Virus record (IMG/VR): IMGVR_UViG_3300037440_000117
Span: 1 to 42,925 of that record
Strand: one strand, 5' to 3'
DNA from: a virus
Length of the DNA: 42,925 nucleotides
Notes under the pieces: model-generated
The model's input: only the letters and a program-made list of their open reading frames with translations
Told to the model about the DNA's origin: nothing
The model's database searches: none
Program-made: the position numbers and the translations under genes
Part shown: piece after piece, positions 1 through 7,895 of the stretch
Layout: every line of letters begins with the position of its first letter
Position numbering within the stretch: position 1 is the first letter of the stretch

Positions 1-127
1 GGCTCGGTGTATTGGAAGGATGAACTCCCACCCGGCGCGACACCGCGAGACACCCGCAACGTGATCGAGAAGTCGATTAAGTGGGCGAAGATTGACGGCT
101 ACCAGGAACTCGATAAAGGCGACTGGG
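1..127. repeat. Terminal direct repeat, left copy (circular-closure overlap)
   Basis: Bases 1-127 (ggctcggtgtattggaagg...ataaaggcgactggg) recur base-for-base at 42799-42925. Confidence 0.95.
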
Positions 128-1560
128 CAGGGCCGGATATTCCGATCATTAAGTGCCTCGGGGAAGAGGTGCATCCCTACGATAGCGAGCGGCGCTCGGT
201 CGGCATGGTGAGCCCGTCTGCCCAAGAAGCGAACTTCAGCGGCAACGTGATGATCTCGAAGATGGTCGAGACGATCGGGCTGGCCCCGATCGCCCAGATC
301 ATGATGGCGAACGGGCAGGATGAGGGGTTTGAGCAGGAACTCGCGCAGATCAATACGCGGACGTTTGGCATCCTGCACTACAACCAGACGGACGCCGAAG
401 GTAAACCCGCTCCGCCGCCGTCTCCGGTGCCGATCACGACGCAGATCGGGCCGATTGTGACCGCGCTGCAATTCTTCAATGAGTCGGTGCTGTCGGTGGT
501 CGGTCAGCCGTCCCCGACGCTCGGGGAAGTCGATCCGTCCATCAAAACGAAGGGCGGGCTGGAACGGCTGCTGGATCAGGCGGCGCACGGCAACAGTAAC
601 TACATCGACAACCTCGCGAAGTCTGTGCGCCGGTTGGGCGTCGTGCTTAATGGCCTGTTTTATCCGCTCTTGGGGCAGAAGCCGGGACGACTGGCGCGGA
701 TCATCAACGGGGAGGGCGAATCCGAGACGGTGATGATTGGGGAGCGTCCCCAGATGCGGAACGTCACGCCGGGTGGCCCGATGGGTCAACAGTCAGTCAA
801 ACCGCCGAAGGTCTACCGACTGACGAAGGATGCGAAACTCAACATCAACATCAAGGTCACAAAGAATTACGAGACGCGCCGGGATCAGGAAAGTTCGATG
901 CTCGGGGATCTCATCGGCGCCAATCCGGAGTTTATGACGTGGTTCGGGGACAAGTTCCTCAAGAACACGGACATCCCCGATTACAAGGAACTGGCCGAGC
1001 GGGCGAAGGTCATGCTGGCCCCGCCGATCCAGGCGATGTTGGCGGAGAAGGAATCAGGCGAGCCGATCCCGCCGCACGCGCAAGCGAAGCTGGCGAAGGC
1101 GCAAGAGGTCATCCAGCAGTTAACAGAGGCGAATCAGCAACTCCTCAAGGAACGCGAGACGGACGGGATCAAGGAGCAGGCCGAGACGCAGCGGGCCGAG
1201 CGGGATAACGCCACGAAGGTGCAGATTGAGCAGATCAAGGCACAGGCGGCGATTGCGAAACAGGAAGCGGTGGACTTCTTTAAGCAGCAACTCGAGGAAT
1301 TCAAGGCCGCCCACGCCAGGATGATGCAGGACGACGAGCAGCGTCACGAAATGGCGCTCGCGTCGGCCGAAGCGGCACAACAAGAGAAGGACGCCGAGGC
1401 GCAGCGCGTTCACGATGCCCAAATGGGCCGACAGATGGCGGAAGCCGGCGAACTCAGTGAGCAGGCTGGCCATCAGCGCACGTTAGAGCAGGGTGAACGC
1501 GGGCACGCGCAGAATTTGGAAGCGCAAGCCGCGAAACCGCAACCAAACAAGGATAACTAG
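1..1560 (+). CDS. Portal protein, 3' part with long Q/E/A/K-rich helical C-terminal extension
   Basis: The frame is open from base 1, and the track ORF 7..1560 is its internal part. It lies between terminase and scaffold/coat. The C-terminal ~190 aa are coiled-coil-like (AQAKLAKAQEVIQQLTEANQQLLKERE...), as in the P22-type portal barrel. Confidence 0.75.
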   Translation, partial: GSVYWKDELPPGATPRDTRNVIEKSIKWAKIDGYQELDKGDWAGPDIPIIKCLGEEVHPYDSERRSVGMVSPSAQEANFSGNVMISKMVETIGLAPIAQIMMANGQDEGFEQELAQINTRTFGILHYNQTDAEGKPAPPPSPVPITTQIGPIVTALQFFNESVLSVVGQPSPTLGEVDPSIKTKGGLERLLDQAAHGNSNYIDNLAKSVRRLGVVLNGLFYPLLGQKPGRLARIINGEGESETVMIGERPQMRNVTPGGPMGQQSVKPPKVYRLTKDAKLNINIKVTKNYETRRDQESSMLGDLIGANPEFMTWFGDKFLKNTDIPDYKELAERAKVMLAPPIQAMLAEKESGEPIPPHAQAKLAKAQEVIQQLTEANQQLLKERETDGIKEQAETQRAERDNATKVQIEQIKAQAAIAKQEAVDFFKQQLEEFKAAHARMMQDDEQRHEMALASAEAAQQEKDAEAQRVHDAQMGRQMAEAGELSEQAGHQRTLEQGERGHAQNLEAQAAKPQPNKDN

Positions 1561-1561
1561 A

Positions 1562-2614
1562 GTGAGCGAACCAGTTGCCGCCGTCGTTGACACCGCCGAA
1601 TCTACATCCCTTGCTGACCATGAACAGGCGTTTGCGCCTTCACAAGGGTTACAGCGTCCTGAACGTCCCGCGCCCGTTGAGCGTGCTGATGATGGCATCG
1701 ATCCACCCGAGACGGCGGACGCCAAGGTGGAGCGTGAGCGCAACGAGGGCGGCCAGTTCACCAAGCACCGCGCCAAGAGCCAGCAGGCCGGCAAAGATGA
1801 CGTTGCGGCCATCAACGCCTACACGAAGCGCATCCGTGAGGCGGAAGAATCGCTCGGGCTGAAGGTGGAAAAGCAAGCCGGCGAGAGTGAGCGCGTCTAT
1901 CAGTTGCGCCGCCGTGCGGAACTACTGGAAGCGAAGCGCGAAGCCGCGCGCGTCGAGGCACGGCCTGAGCCCAGACCGATCCCGAAGGCGCCCGAGCCGT
2001 TTAAAGACCCTGAACCCCAATACGAGGACTTCGCGGATCAGGCTGATCCATACGGGGCGCATCAACGCGCCCTCGCGGCCTACGACCGGCGCAAAGAGGC
2101 GGCGGACGGCGCGATCAAGACACATCAGACTCAGCGCAACGAAGCGATTGCCGCGCGCAACCAGCGGCGCGACGAATGGTTCCAAGCCCGTGAGACGGAG
2201 CACCTGGATCGCATGGCCTCGTATCATGAGGACCATCCAGAGGCACAGGCCATTCTGGACAAAGCCGGGGACGTGAACCTCACGCCCGCGCTCTATTCTG
2301 CGATCATGACGGCGGCGAATTCACCCGACTTGTTGATTTTAGTTGCGCAGAACGAAGACTTGCGCGATGATTTGACCATTCTCACGGACGGTAAGCCCGT
2401 GACGAAAGACCTCGTTGCCCTCGTGCAACGCCGCTTGACTCGGGGACTCACAGCCGGAGTTACCGGATCGGCTCCCGCCCCGAAACCTGTTCCAGCGGTA
2501 CCACGCCCGCCTAATCCGGTGCGGACTGGCCCCATGACAGCCGCCGATACGCCTCCCGGCGACGAGGATAGCCTCGCCGCTCACGAGAAGTTTTACGGGA
2601 GCAAACGGCGATGA
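1562..2614 (+). CDS. Scaffolding protein (candidate)
   Basis: Track ORF 1493..2614 trimmed to GTG 1562, which is 1 nt after the portal stop with AAGGA ~8 nt upstream. The sequence is strongly charged (E/R/K/A-rich) with a Pro-rich tail. It occupies the portal-to-coat position. Confidence 0.5.
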   Translation: MSEPVAAVVDTAESTSLADHEQAFAPSQGLQRPERPAPVERADDGIDPPETADAKVERERNEGGQFTKHRAKSQQAGKDDVAAINAYTKRIREAEESLGLKVEKQAGESERVYQLRRRAELLEAKREAARVEARPEPRPIPKAPEPFKDPEPQYEDFADQADPYGAHQRALAAYDRRKEAADGAIKTHQTQRNEAIAARNQRRDEWFQARETEHLDRMASYHEDHPEAQAILDKAGDVNLTPALYSAIMTAANSPDLLILVAQNEDLRDDLTILTDGKPVTKDLVALVQRRLTRGLTAGVTGSAPAPKPVPAVPRPPNPVRTGPMTAADTPPGDEDSLAAHEKFYGSKRR

Positions 2615-2623
2615 GGTCGGTCG

Positions 2624-3850
2624 ATGAATACGACAATTACCCCAACGTGGGTATCGAAAGATACCGCCATGTTTTGGAAGAACTCGATCCGGTTGATCGG
2701 GCAAGCCAAGCGTGGCTACGGTAAGGAATGGCAGAACCTCCCGGAAGGCGCCAAGATCGGCTACACCGTGCAGCAGCGCGTGCCGACCGCCCCGATCGTG
2801 AATGAGGGGCAAGCGCTTCAGATTCAGCCCTACATCAACCAGACGGTCCCGATTTCCCTGACGCATCAGTTGCAGGTCGCCTGCGGCTGGTCCACCGCCG
2901 ATGACACGGTGGTGGTCGAGGAAGTACAGGAACGCTGGACGCAGCCTGCCGGCAAGTCGATGGGCAGCAAGTGCGATCTCCTGTTCGGGCAGGAAGTTTA
3001 CAAGTCGGTCTACAACACCATCGGCACGCCGGGTGTGGCGATCACGGACAACTCGACCTACACGGATGGTGTGGCGAAGCTCACCAACATCGGCGCGGGT
3101 GAGGGCTTGTCCGCGGTGCTCGATCCGAAGGCGATGAGCAAGATTGTTTCAGCCAACTTCGCGATCTTCAACCTGCCGGGTGGGACGCGGAACTTCAAGA
3201 CGGGCCAGTTCTCGGGTGAGAACTTCGGCATCGATGAGTGGTTCCAGGACCCGTTCATGCCCACGCACACGACGGGCACATTCACATCCTCAACGCCCTT
3301 GGTGGCGGGTGCTAACCAGACGGGCTCCACCTTGGCGATCGATGGCATGGGCACGTATGCGCTCAAGGCGGGGGACACGTTCAAGGTTGCCGGTCTGAAC
3401 TCGGTGAACCCGGTGGGCAAGAACGACACGGGCGATCTGGCGGAATTCTCGCTGTCAGTCGATGTGGCGGGCTCGAGCACGGCCACACTGACGTTTACGC
3501 CGCCGATCATTCTATCCGGCCCGCTCCAGACGGTCGTGGCGGCGCCCGCGAATGACGCGGCGATCACGTTCAGCGGGGCCACGGGCACCGTGGGCGCGAC
3601 GATGACCGCGACGACCTCCAAGCAGAGCATCATCTTCAACCCGAGCGCGTTCGCGTTCGTGAATGCGCCACTGGCGAAGAAGCTGGCCGGCGCCGAAGTC
3701 GGGTCTGTGCGTGACGCGGAGGCGAAAGTCTCGATGCGCTACGTCGAGCAGTACAACATCCAGACCGATCAGGAACCGCGCCGGATCGACATGCTGGTAG
3801 GGAATGCCTCCGTGCAGCCCTATTTCGCCCTCCGGGCTTGGGGAGCTTAA
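2624..3850 (+). CDS. Major capsid (coat) protein, P22 gp5-like by position and size
   Basis: 408 aa, with a GAGG RBS, directly after the scaffold candidate. The gene order (terminase, portal, scaffold, coat) fits. There is no motif-level proof. Confidence 0.65.
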   Translation: MNTTITPTWVSKDTAMFWKNSIRLIGQAKRGYGKEWQNLPEGAKIGYTVQQRVPTAPIVNEGQALQIQPYINQTVPISLTHQLQVACGWSTADDTVVVEEVQERWTQPAGKSMGSKCDLLFGQEVYKSVYNTIGTPGVAITDNSTYTDGVAKLTNIGAGEGLSAVLDPKAMSKIVSANFAIFNLPGGTRNFKTGQFSGENFGIDEWFQDPFMPTHTTGTFTSSTPLVAGANQTGSTLAIDGMGTYALKAGDTFKVAGLNSVNPVGKNDTGDLAEFSLSVDVAGSSTATLTFTPPIILSGPLQTVVAAPANDAAITFSGATGTVGATMTATTSKQSIIFNPSAFAFVNAPLAKKLAGAEVGSVRDAEAKVSMRYVEQYNIQTDQEPRRIDMLVGNASVQPYFALRAWGA

Positions 3851-3852
3851 TC

Positions 3853-4485
3853 ATGGCTTTGACACGCACGTCACTCTCGGCTGATTGCACGGCCTCGGAT
3901 CTCACGCTCGCGATCACGTCCACGTCGAGCGGCTTCCCCGCCGTGGGTACCTACGCCTCGCCGCCGCAACTTCTGCAGGTCGGTGGGGAATACATGCTCA
4001 TCCAGGTTGTGCCGGTCGCCAACACGGTCAAGGTGATGCAGCGCGGCTACAACGGGACGGCGGCGGTCGCACATGACCTCCTCACGCCCGTGGTCACGTC
4101 CTCGGACCCGCAGGACTTCGCGGATGTCCCGGTGGGCGGCGTCGATTCCAGACCGCCCTACGTCGATGACGTGCTGGCGGTTGGCGAGAACGGCGCCATT
4201 CCGGTCCCGGACAAGAACACGACCTACCTCCTGACGAAGGCGTCGGCGTTGGCCTCGACCACGCTGGCCGCGCCTGGGAAGGATCAGGACGGGCTGACCC
4301 TCACGTTCACGTCACAGACGGCGGCGGCGCACGTCATCACGGCGACGACCCTGTGGGGTGACGGCGTGAGCGGTTCCCCGCATACCACGGCGACGTGGGC
4401 GGCGTACATCGGCGCCTCCCTGACGGTGAAGGCCGACAACGGCATCTGGAACATCGTGTCTGCGGTCGGCGTCACCATCACCTGA
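3853..4485 (+). CDS. Head accessory / decoration protein candidate (hypothetical)
   Basis: Track ORF trimmed to ATG 3853, 3 nt after the coat stop. The sequence is T/A/V-rich and beta-type, and is followed by a strong hairpin. Confidence 0.5.
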   Translation: MALTRTSLSADCTASDLTLAITSTSSGFPAVGTYASPPQLLQVGGEYMLIQVVPVANTVKVMQRGYNGTAAVAHDLLTPVVTSSDPQDFADVPVGGVDSRPPYVDDVLAVGENGAIPVPDKNTTYLLTKASALASTTLAAPGKDQDGLTLTFTSQTAAAHVITATTLWGDGVSGSPHTTATWAAYIGASLTVKADNGIWNIVSAVGVTIT

Positions 4486-4493
4486 TAACTCGT

Positions 4494-4522
4494 CCGGCTG
4501 GCGACTCATCTCCGCCAGCCGG
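4494..4522 (+). terminator. Stem-loop (10-bp perfect stem) after the coat/accessory pair; attenuator or terminator candidate
   Basis: CCGGCTGGCG-actcatctc-CGCCAGCCGG, starting 9 nt after the stop at 4485. It is followed by atcgcTTTc, so the U-tract is weak. Confidence 0.45.
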
Positions 4523-4545
4523 ATCGCTTTCAAGGGAGTACCAGA

Positions 4546-5019
4546 GTGGGCATTCAGAGAAGCCAGGAAGACAGTTGGACGAAGGAAATCGCCAAGTGGG
4601 AAATGCGTCCCGTGCTGGTCAATGGCACGTACGTGGAGCCCATCCCGGTGGCGATGGGCGGTCGTGGGGGTGCGGAGCGCACGGAATACCCCAAGATGAT
4701 CTACCGCGCGGAGTCTGCCGATGGCGGGCCGCGGATTGCGGGCTACAAGATCGTCCCTGACGAAACGCAGGAGCGGGTGGCGCTCGGGCAGGGTTGGTCA
4801 CGCTCGCAGGAAGAGGCGCTGGAGGCGGTGACGGCGCAGCAACTGGAGTTGGCCAAGCTCGCGGCGAATCGGGCGTACAACGACAAGTGGATGAGCGACA
4901 AGGCGAGGGCGGAAGCCGCGGCCGTGGATGAGTCCACGATCGCGCATCTGCCGGAGATTCCGCGCACGCCGATTCGGAAACGTCGCACGAAAGCCGAGAT
5001 GGCGGCGGCGAAGTCGTGA
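4546..5019 (+). CDS. Hypothetical protein with YPKMIY motif
   Basis: GTG start with AGGGAG 7 nt upstream. Contains the motif EYPKMIYRAE...KIVPDETQERVALGQGW. Confidence 0.55.
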   Translation: MGIQRSQEDSWTKEIAKWEMRPVLVNGTYVEPIPVAMGGRGGAERTEYPKMIYRAESADGGPRIAGYKIVPDETQERVALGQGWSRSQEEALEAVTAQQLELAKLAANRAYNDKWMSDKARAEAAAVDESTIAHLPEIPRTPIRKRRTKAEMAAAKS

Positions 5020-5228
5020 GCGAGTATCCGAAGGTCATCCAGGCCGGCGGGATCAACGTCACCGTTGATTCGGAAGCCGATGAGGCGCGCTGGAGACAGA
5101 CGCCGGCCCTGATCGACGCACAGGAGCCCGTGCCGGCTCCCGACCCGGAGCCCGTGATCGTGTCCGCGCCGCCGGTGGTGCCTCCGACCACGGCGCCGAA
5201 GAAGAAGCGCACAGCCAAGAAGAAGTAG
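5016..5228 (+). CDS. Small protein with YPKVI motif, paralogous to the upstream gene
   Basis: GTGA overlap with the upstream stop. Contains EYPKVIQAGGINVTVDSEADEARW, a Pro-rich middle and a KKKRTAKKK tail. Confidence 0.5.
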   Translation: MSEYPKVIQAGGINVTVDSEADEARWRQTPALIDAQEPVPAPDPEPVIVSAPPVVPPTTAPKKKRTAKKK

Positions 5229-5297
5229 TTTCGCCATTCCGCCTCGGATCGTGTGAGCGGTTCGGAGCGGCCCTCTCAGAGTGGAATGGAGTGAGTC

Positions 5298-6305
5298 ATG
5301 TATACACCGCTTAGTGGAGGCGGGGCCCTTACCCGCCAGAACATCTCAGACATCAACGCGAATTTTGCGGCGCTCTTTGCCGGCATCACGCCGGGCAACG
5401 TCATTTACTGCAATCCCGCGTCGGCCAACGCGCAGGCACAGGACGGCAGTCAGCAGAAGCCGTATTCCGACCTCCCGACCGCCTATAGCAAGGGCCGGAG
5501 CGGTTTCAATGACGTGATCGTGCTCGTCGGTGATGGGGGCACGGGCGCGACTGCTCGGCTCACCAGCACGTTGACTTGGGCGAAGAATGCGCTGCATCTC
5601 GTTGGCGTCGGGGCGCCGTCTTACAACCCGCGTGCGCGCATTTCGACGCTCTCGGGGGCGACGGCCTTTGCCGGGTTCGTCACGGTCACGGGCACGGGCT
5701 GTATCTTCTACAACTTCGCGCTGTTCAACGACAACGCCATTGCGGCACAGATTACCTGGCTCGATCAGGGCGGTCGGAACTACTACAACAGCGTGATGTT
5801 CGGCGGGATGGGCGATGCGACCTCTGCGGCCGATGCGGACAGTCGCGTGCTGAAACTCGGCGGCTCCGGCGCCTCTGGTGAGAACGTCTTCGAGAACTGC
5901 ACCATCGGGCTCGACACGATCGCACGGTCGGACGCGAATGCGTCGGTGGAATTCGCCGGCAATTCCAAGCGGAACGTGTTTCGGAATTGCCTGTTTCCCG
6001 TGCGGGCGACGGCGGCGACTCCGGTCATCCTGCTGTCGTCTGGAACGAATCCATTGGAGACGTTCCAGTTGTTTGTGAATCCGGTCTTCTGGAACCAGCA
6101 GGCCAACGGATCGGGCACCACGTTAAGTGCGGTCGCAACCTTGGCCGCGAACGGCAATGGCAACGTGGTACTCAAGAATCCCAGCCGGTTCAACGTGACC
6201 GATTGGGGCACGAATGCGACCTCCAACGCGCAGATATACGTGGATGGCCCCGCGACTGGTGCCACGGACGACATCGGTCGAGGCGCGGTAGCGATCGCGA
6301 CGTAA
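5298..6305 (+). CDS. Right-handed parallel beta-helix (pectin-lyase-fold-like) structural protein
   Basis: 335 aa with recurring short G/N/S/V-rich rungs (VTVTGTGCIFYNFALFN, GENVFENCTIG, KRNVFRNCLFPV). Located in the virion module. Confidence 0.5.
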   Translation: MYTPLSGGGALTRQNISDINANFAALFAGITPGNVIYCNPASANAQAQDGSQQKPYSDLPTAYSKGRSGFNDVIVLVGDGGTGATARLTSTLTWAKNALHLVGVGAPSYNPRARISTLSGATAFAGFVTVTGTGCIFYNFALFNDNAIAAQITWLDQGGRNYYNSVMFGGMGDATSAADADSRVLKLGGSGASGENVFENCTIGLDTIARSDANASVEFAGNSKRNVFRNCLFPVRATAATPVILLSSGTNPLETFQLFVNPVFWNQQANGSGTTLSAVATLAANGNGNVVLKNPSRFNVTDWGTNATSNAQIYVDGPATGATDDIGRGAVAIAT

Positions 6306-6308
6306 CAC

Positions 6309-7061
6309 ATGGCCACGACGGCGGGGACGATCATTCGTACGGCGTTTGCCGACATTGGTGTGCTGGGGGAGGGTCAGACATTGGACTCCGCCAAGGCCGC
6401 TGATGGCTTGCATCGGCTGAATCTCATGATGTCCTCGCTCTCGATTCAGCCGATGTCGATCCCGGTGATTGCGCGGGAAGTGTTCGACATGACGAGCGGC
6501 AAGGGTAGTCCGACGAATCCCTACACGATTGGCGTCGGCGCGAATCTCGACACGGCCCGCCCGCCGACGCAGAACAGCATCGTCGGAGTGGGGCTGATTC
6601 TGACCGCGAGCGATCCGGACGTGGAAATCCCTCGGACGTACTACACGGATGACGCCTACCAGGCGATCCAGATCAAAGACCTCGACAGTTCGCTGTTTAC
6701 GGGGCTGTACTACAACCCCACGTTTGAGACGACGGGGTTCGGGAACGTGTTTCTCTGGCCCGTGCCGGATACGGCGGATAACGATCTCGTCCTCTACCTC
6801 CGCAAGCAGTTGACCAGTTTCGCGGATCAGACGACGAGCTACGAACTGCCGCCGGGATGCGAAGACGCGCTCACGGATGGCCTCGCGGTGCGTCTGTGTA
6901 AGCCGTACAGCGTGCCGGTTGATCCCGATCTGAAAGCGGCGGCCGGTCGGTCGATGGGGAACTTTAAGCGCGGGAATTACCACCTTGTAGACCTCCAGCA
7001 AGACCCGGCGATGACGCACAGCCGACGATACGGATACAACATCAATTCCGGGAACGGTTAA
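6309..7061 (+). CDS. Head-to-tail adaptor, P22 gp4-like (candidate)
   Basis: The N-terminus IIRTAFADIGVLGEGQTLDSAKAADGLHRLNLMMSSL resembles the gp4-family N-terminal pattern as I recall it. The position upstream of the gp10-like gene fits. Confidence 0.5.
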   Translation: MATTAGTIIRTAFADIGVLGEGQTLDSAKAADGLHRLNLMMSSLSIQPMSIPVIAREVFDMTSGKGSPTNPYTIGVGANLDTARPPTQNSIVGVGLILTASDPDVEIPRTYYTDDAYQAIQIKDLDSSLFTGLYYNPTFETTGFGNVFLWPVPDTADNDLVLYLRKQLTSFADQTTSYELPPGCEDALTDGLAVRLCKPYSVPVDPDLKAAAGRSMGNFKRGNYHLVDLQQDPAMTHSRRYGYNINSGNG

Positions 7062-7064
7062 ATC

Positions 7065-7451
7065 ATGAGTCAAAACTACGGCCCGAAACGTGTTGTCTGT
7101 ATCGAAGCCGCGAGCGCGGATGAAACACTTGGGGTGGCGATGCCGGCTCCTGGCTACGACTTACAAACCTACGTCCTGCAATCAAACGGCGTGACCTCCG
7201 GCGGCGTGATCACGTTCGAGGAAGCCTCATGGGGGCCGAATCTGGCGGGCGTGCCAGCCGTGGATTACACCGGGACCTGGAGCGAGATCACCACGGTCAA
7301 CGCCTCGGATGTGAATACCGGCTCCGCGACTGGATCGGCGCAGAAGTTTGTGCATCTCTCCCCGACGGCGGGCGCGTATACGCGGGCGCGCATCTCGGCC
7401 GCGATCACGGGCGGCGGCACGGTGAGCGTGTTCCTGCACGAGCAGGGGTAA
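7065..7451 (+). CDS. Hypothetical virion protein
   Basis: 128-aa ORF, ATG 4 nt after the previous stop, in the structural operon. Confidence 0.5.
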   Translation: MSQNYGPKRVVCIEAASADETLGVAMPAPGYDLQTYVLQSNGVTSGGVITFEEASWGPNLAGVPAVDYTGTWSEITTVNASDVNTGSATGSAQKFVHLSPTAGAYTRARISAAITGGGTVSVFLHEQG

Positions 7452-7454
7452 TCA

Positions 7455-7895
7455 ATGGCCTCCAGTAGCTTCATTGGGTTTATCGCCGGCCTGAAGTGGT
7501 CCACGAGTGGGTCCGTTGCCACTGTGGCCGGCGGGCTCGCATCGTCCTCGCCAACGGCGGGGATTGGCTACGGCACGGGGGCGGGCGGCGCAGCAACGCA
7601 GGGGACATCAAAAGCGACGACCGTCGTCTTGGACACGATCACCGGCACGATCACCATGCACACCGCGGCGTTGAATGCCGCGACGATCGTCAGTTTCACG
7701 CTGACCAATGCGGCGATTGCGCTGACCGATCATGTCCTCGTGCAGCACATCTCCGCGGGCACGGTCGGGGCGTATACCTGCACGGCGATTGGCGCGGCGG
7801 GGTCGGCCACGATCTATGTCCGCAACAACACGGCGGGGAATTTGAGCGAAGCGATCGTGTTGAAATTCACCGTGCTGAAATCGGTCGTGGCATGA
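7455..7895 (+). CDS. Hypothetical virion protein (G/A/T-rich, beta-type)
   Basis: 146-aa ORF, ATG 4 nt after the previous stop. Its stop overlaps the next start (ATGA). Confidence 0.5.
   Translation: MASSSFIGFIAGLKWSTSGSVATVAGGLASSSPTAGIGYGTGAGGAATQGTSKATTVVLDTITGTITMHTAALNAATIVSFTLTNAAIALTDHVLVQHISAGTVGAYTCTAIGAAGSATIYVRNNTAGNLSEAIVLKFTVLKSVVA

Noticed and set aside
1-127. Reading the 127-bp end repeat as a biological direct terminal repeat or as att sites of an integrated prophage.
   Set aside because: The repeat is internal to one uninterrupted portal reading frame. No host-like flanking genes exist, and every gene in the window is phage-like. A circular assembly overlap is the simpler explanation.
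6123-7073. Long antisense or alternative-frame ORFs in the track. Examples: 6123..7073(-), 15464..16465(-), 12461..13228(-), 4619..5218(-), 19831..20553(-), 22361..23029(-), 11471..12115(-), 26331..27020(-), 36661..37263(-).
   Set aside because: Their translations are R/P/G/H-rich low-complexity strings, typical of out-of-frame reading in GC-rich DNA. Each fully overlaps a + strand gene (a minus-strand gene in the case of 22361..23029) that has recognisable motifs or operon coupling.
7496-7891. N-terminal extensions of track ORFs upstream of the starts I chose. Examples: 7496-7891, 18059-18361, 19270-19467, 25801-25896, 35618-35797, 1493-1561.
   Set aside because: The extensions overlap the preceding gene in another frame and translate to junk. 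The chosen starts sit at ATGA/GTGA/TAATG junctions or behind an RBS.
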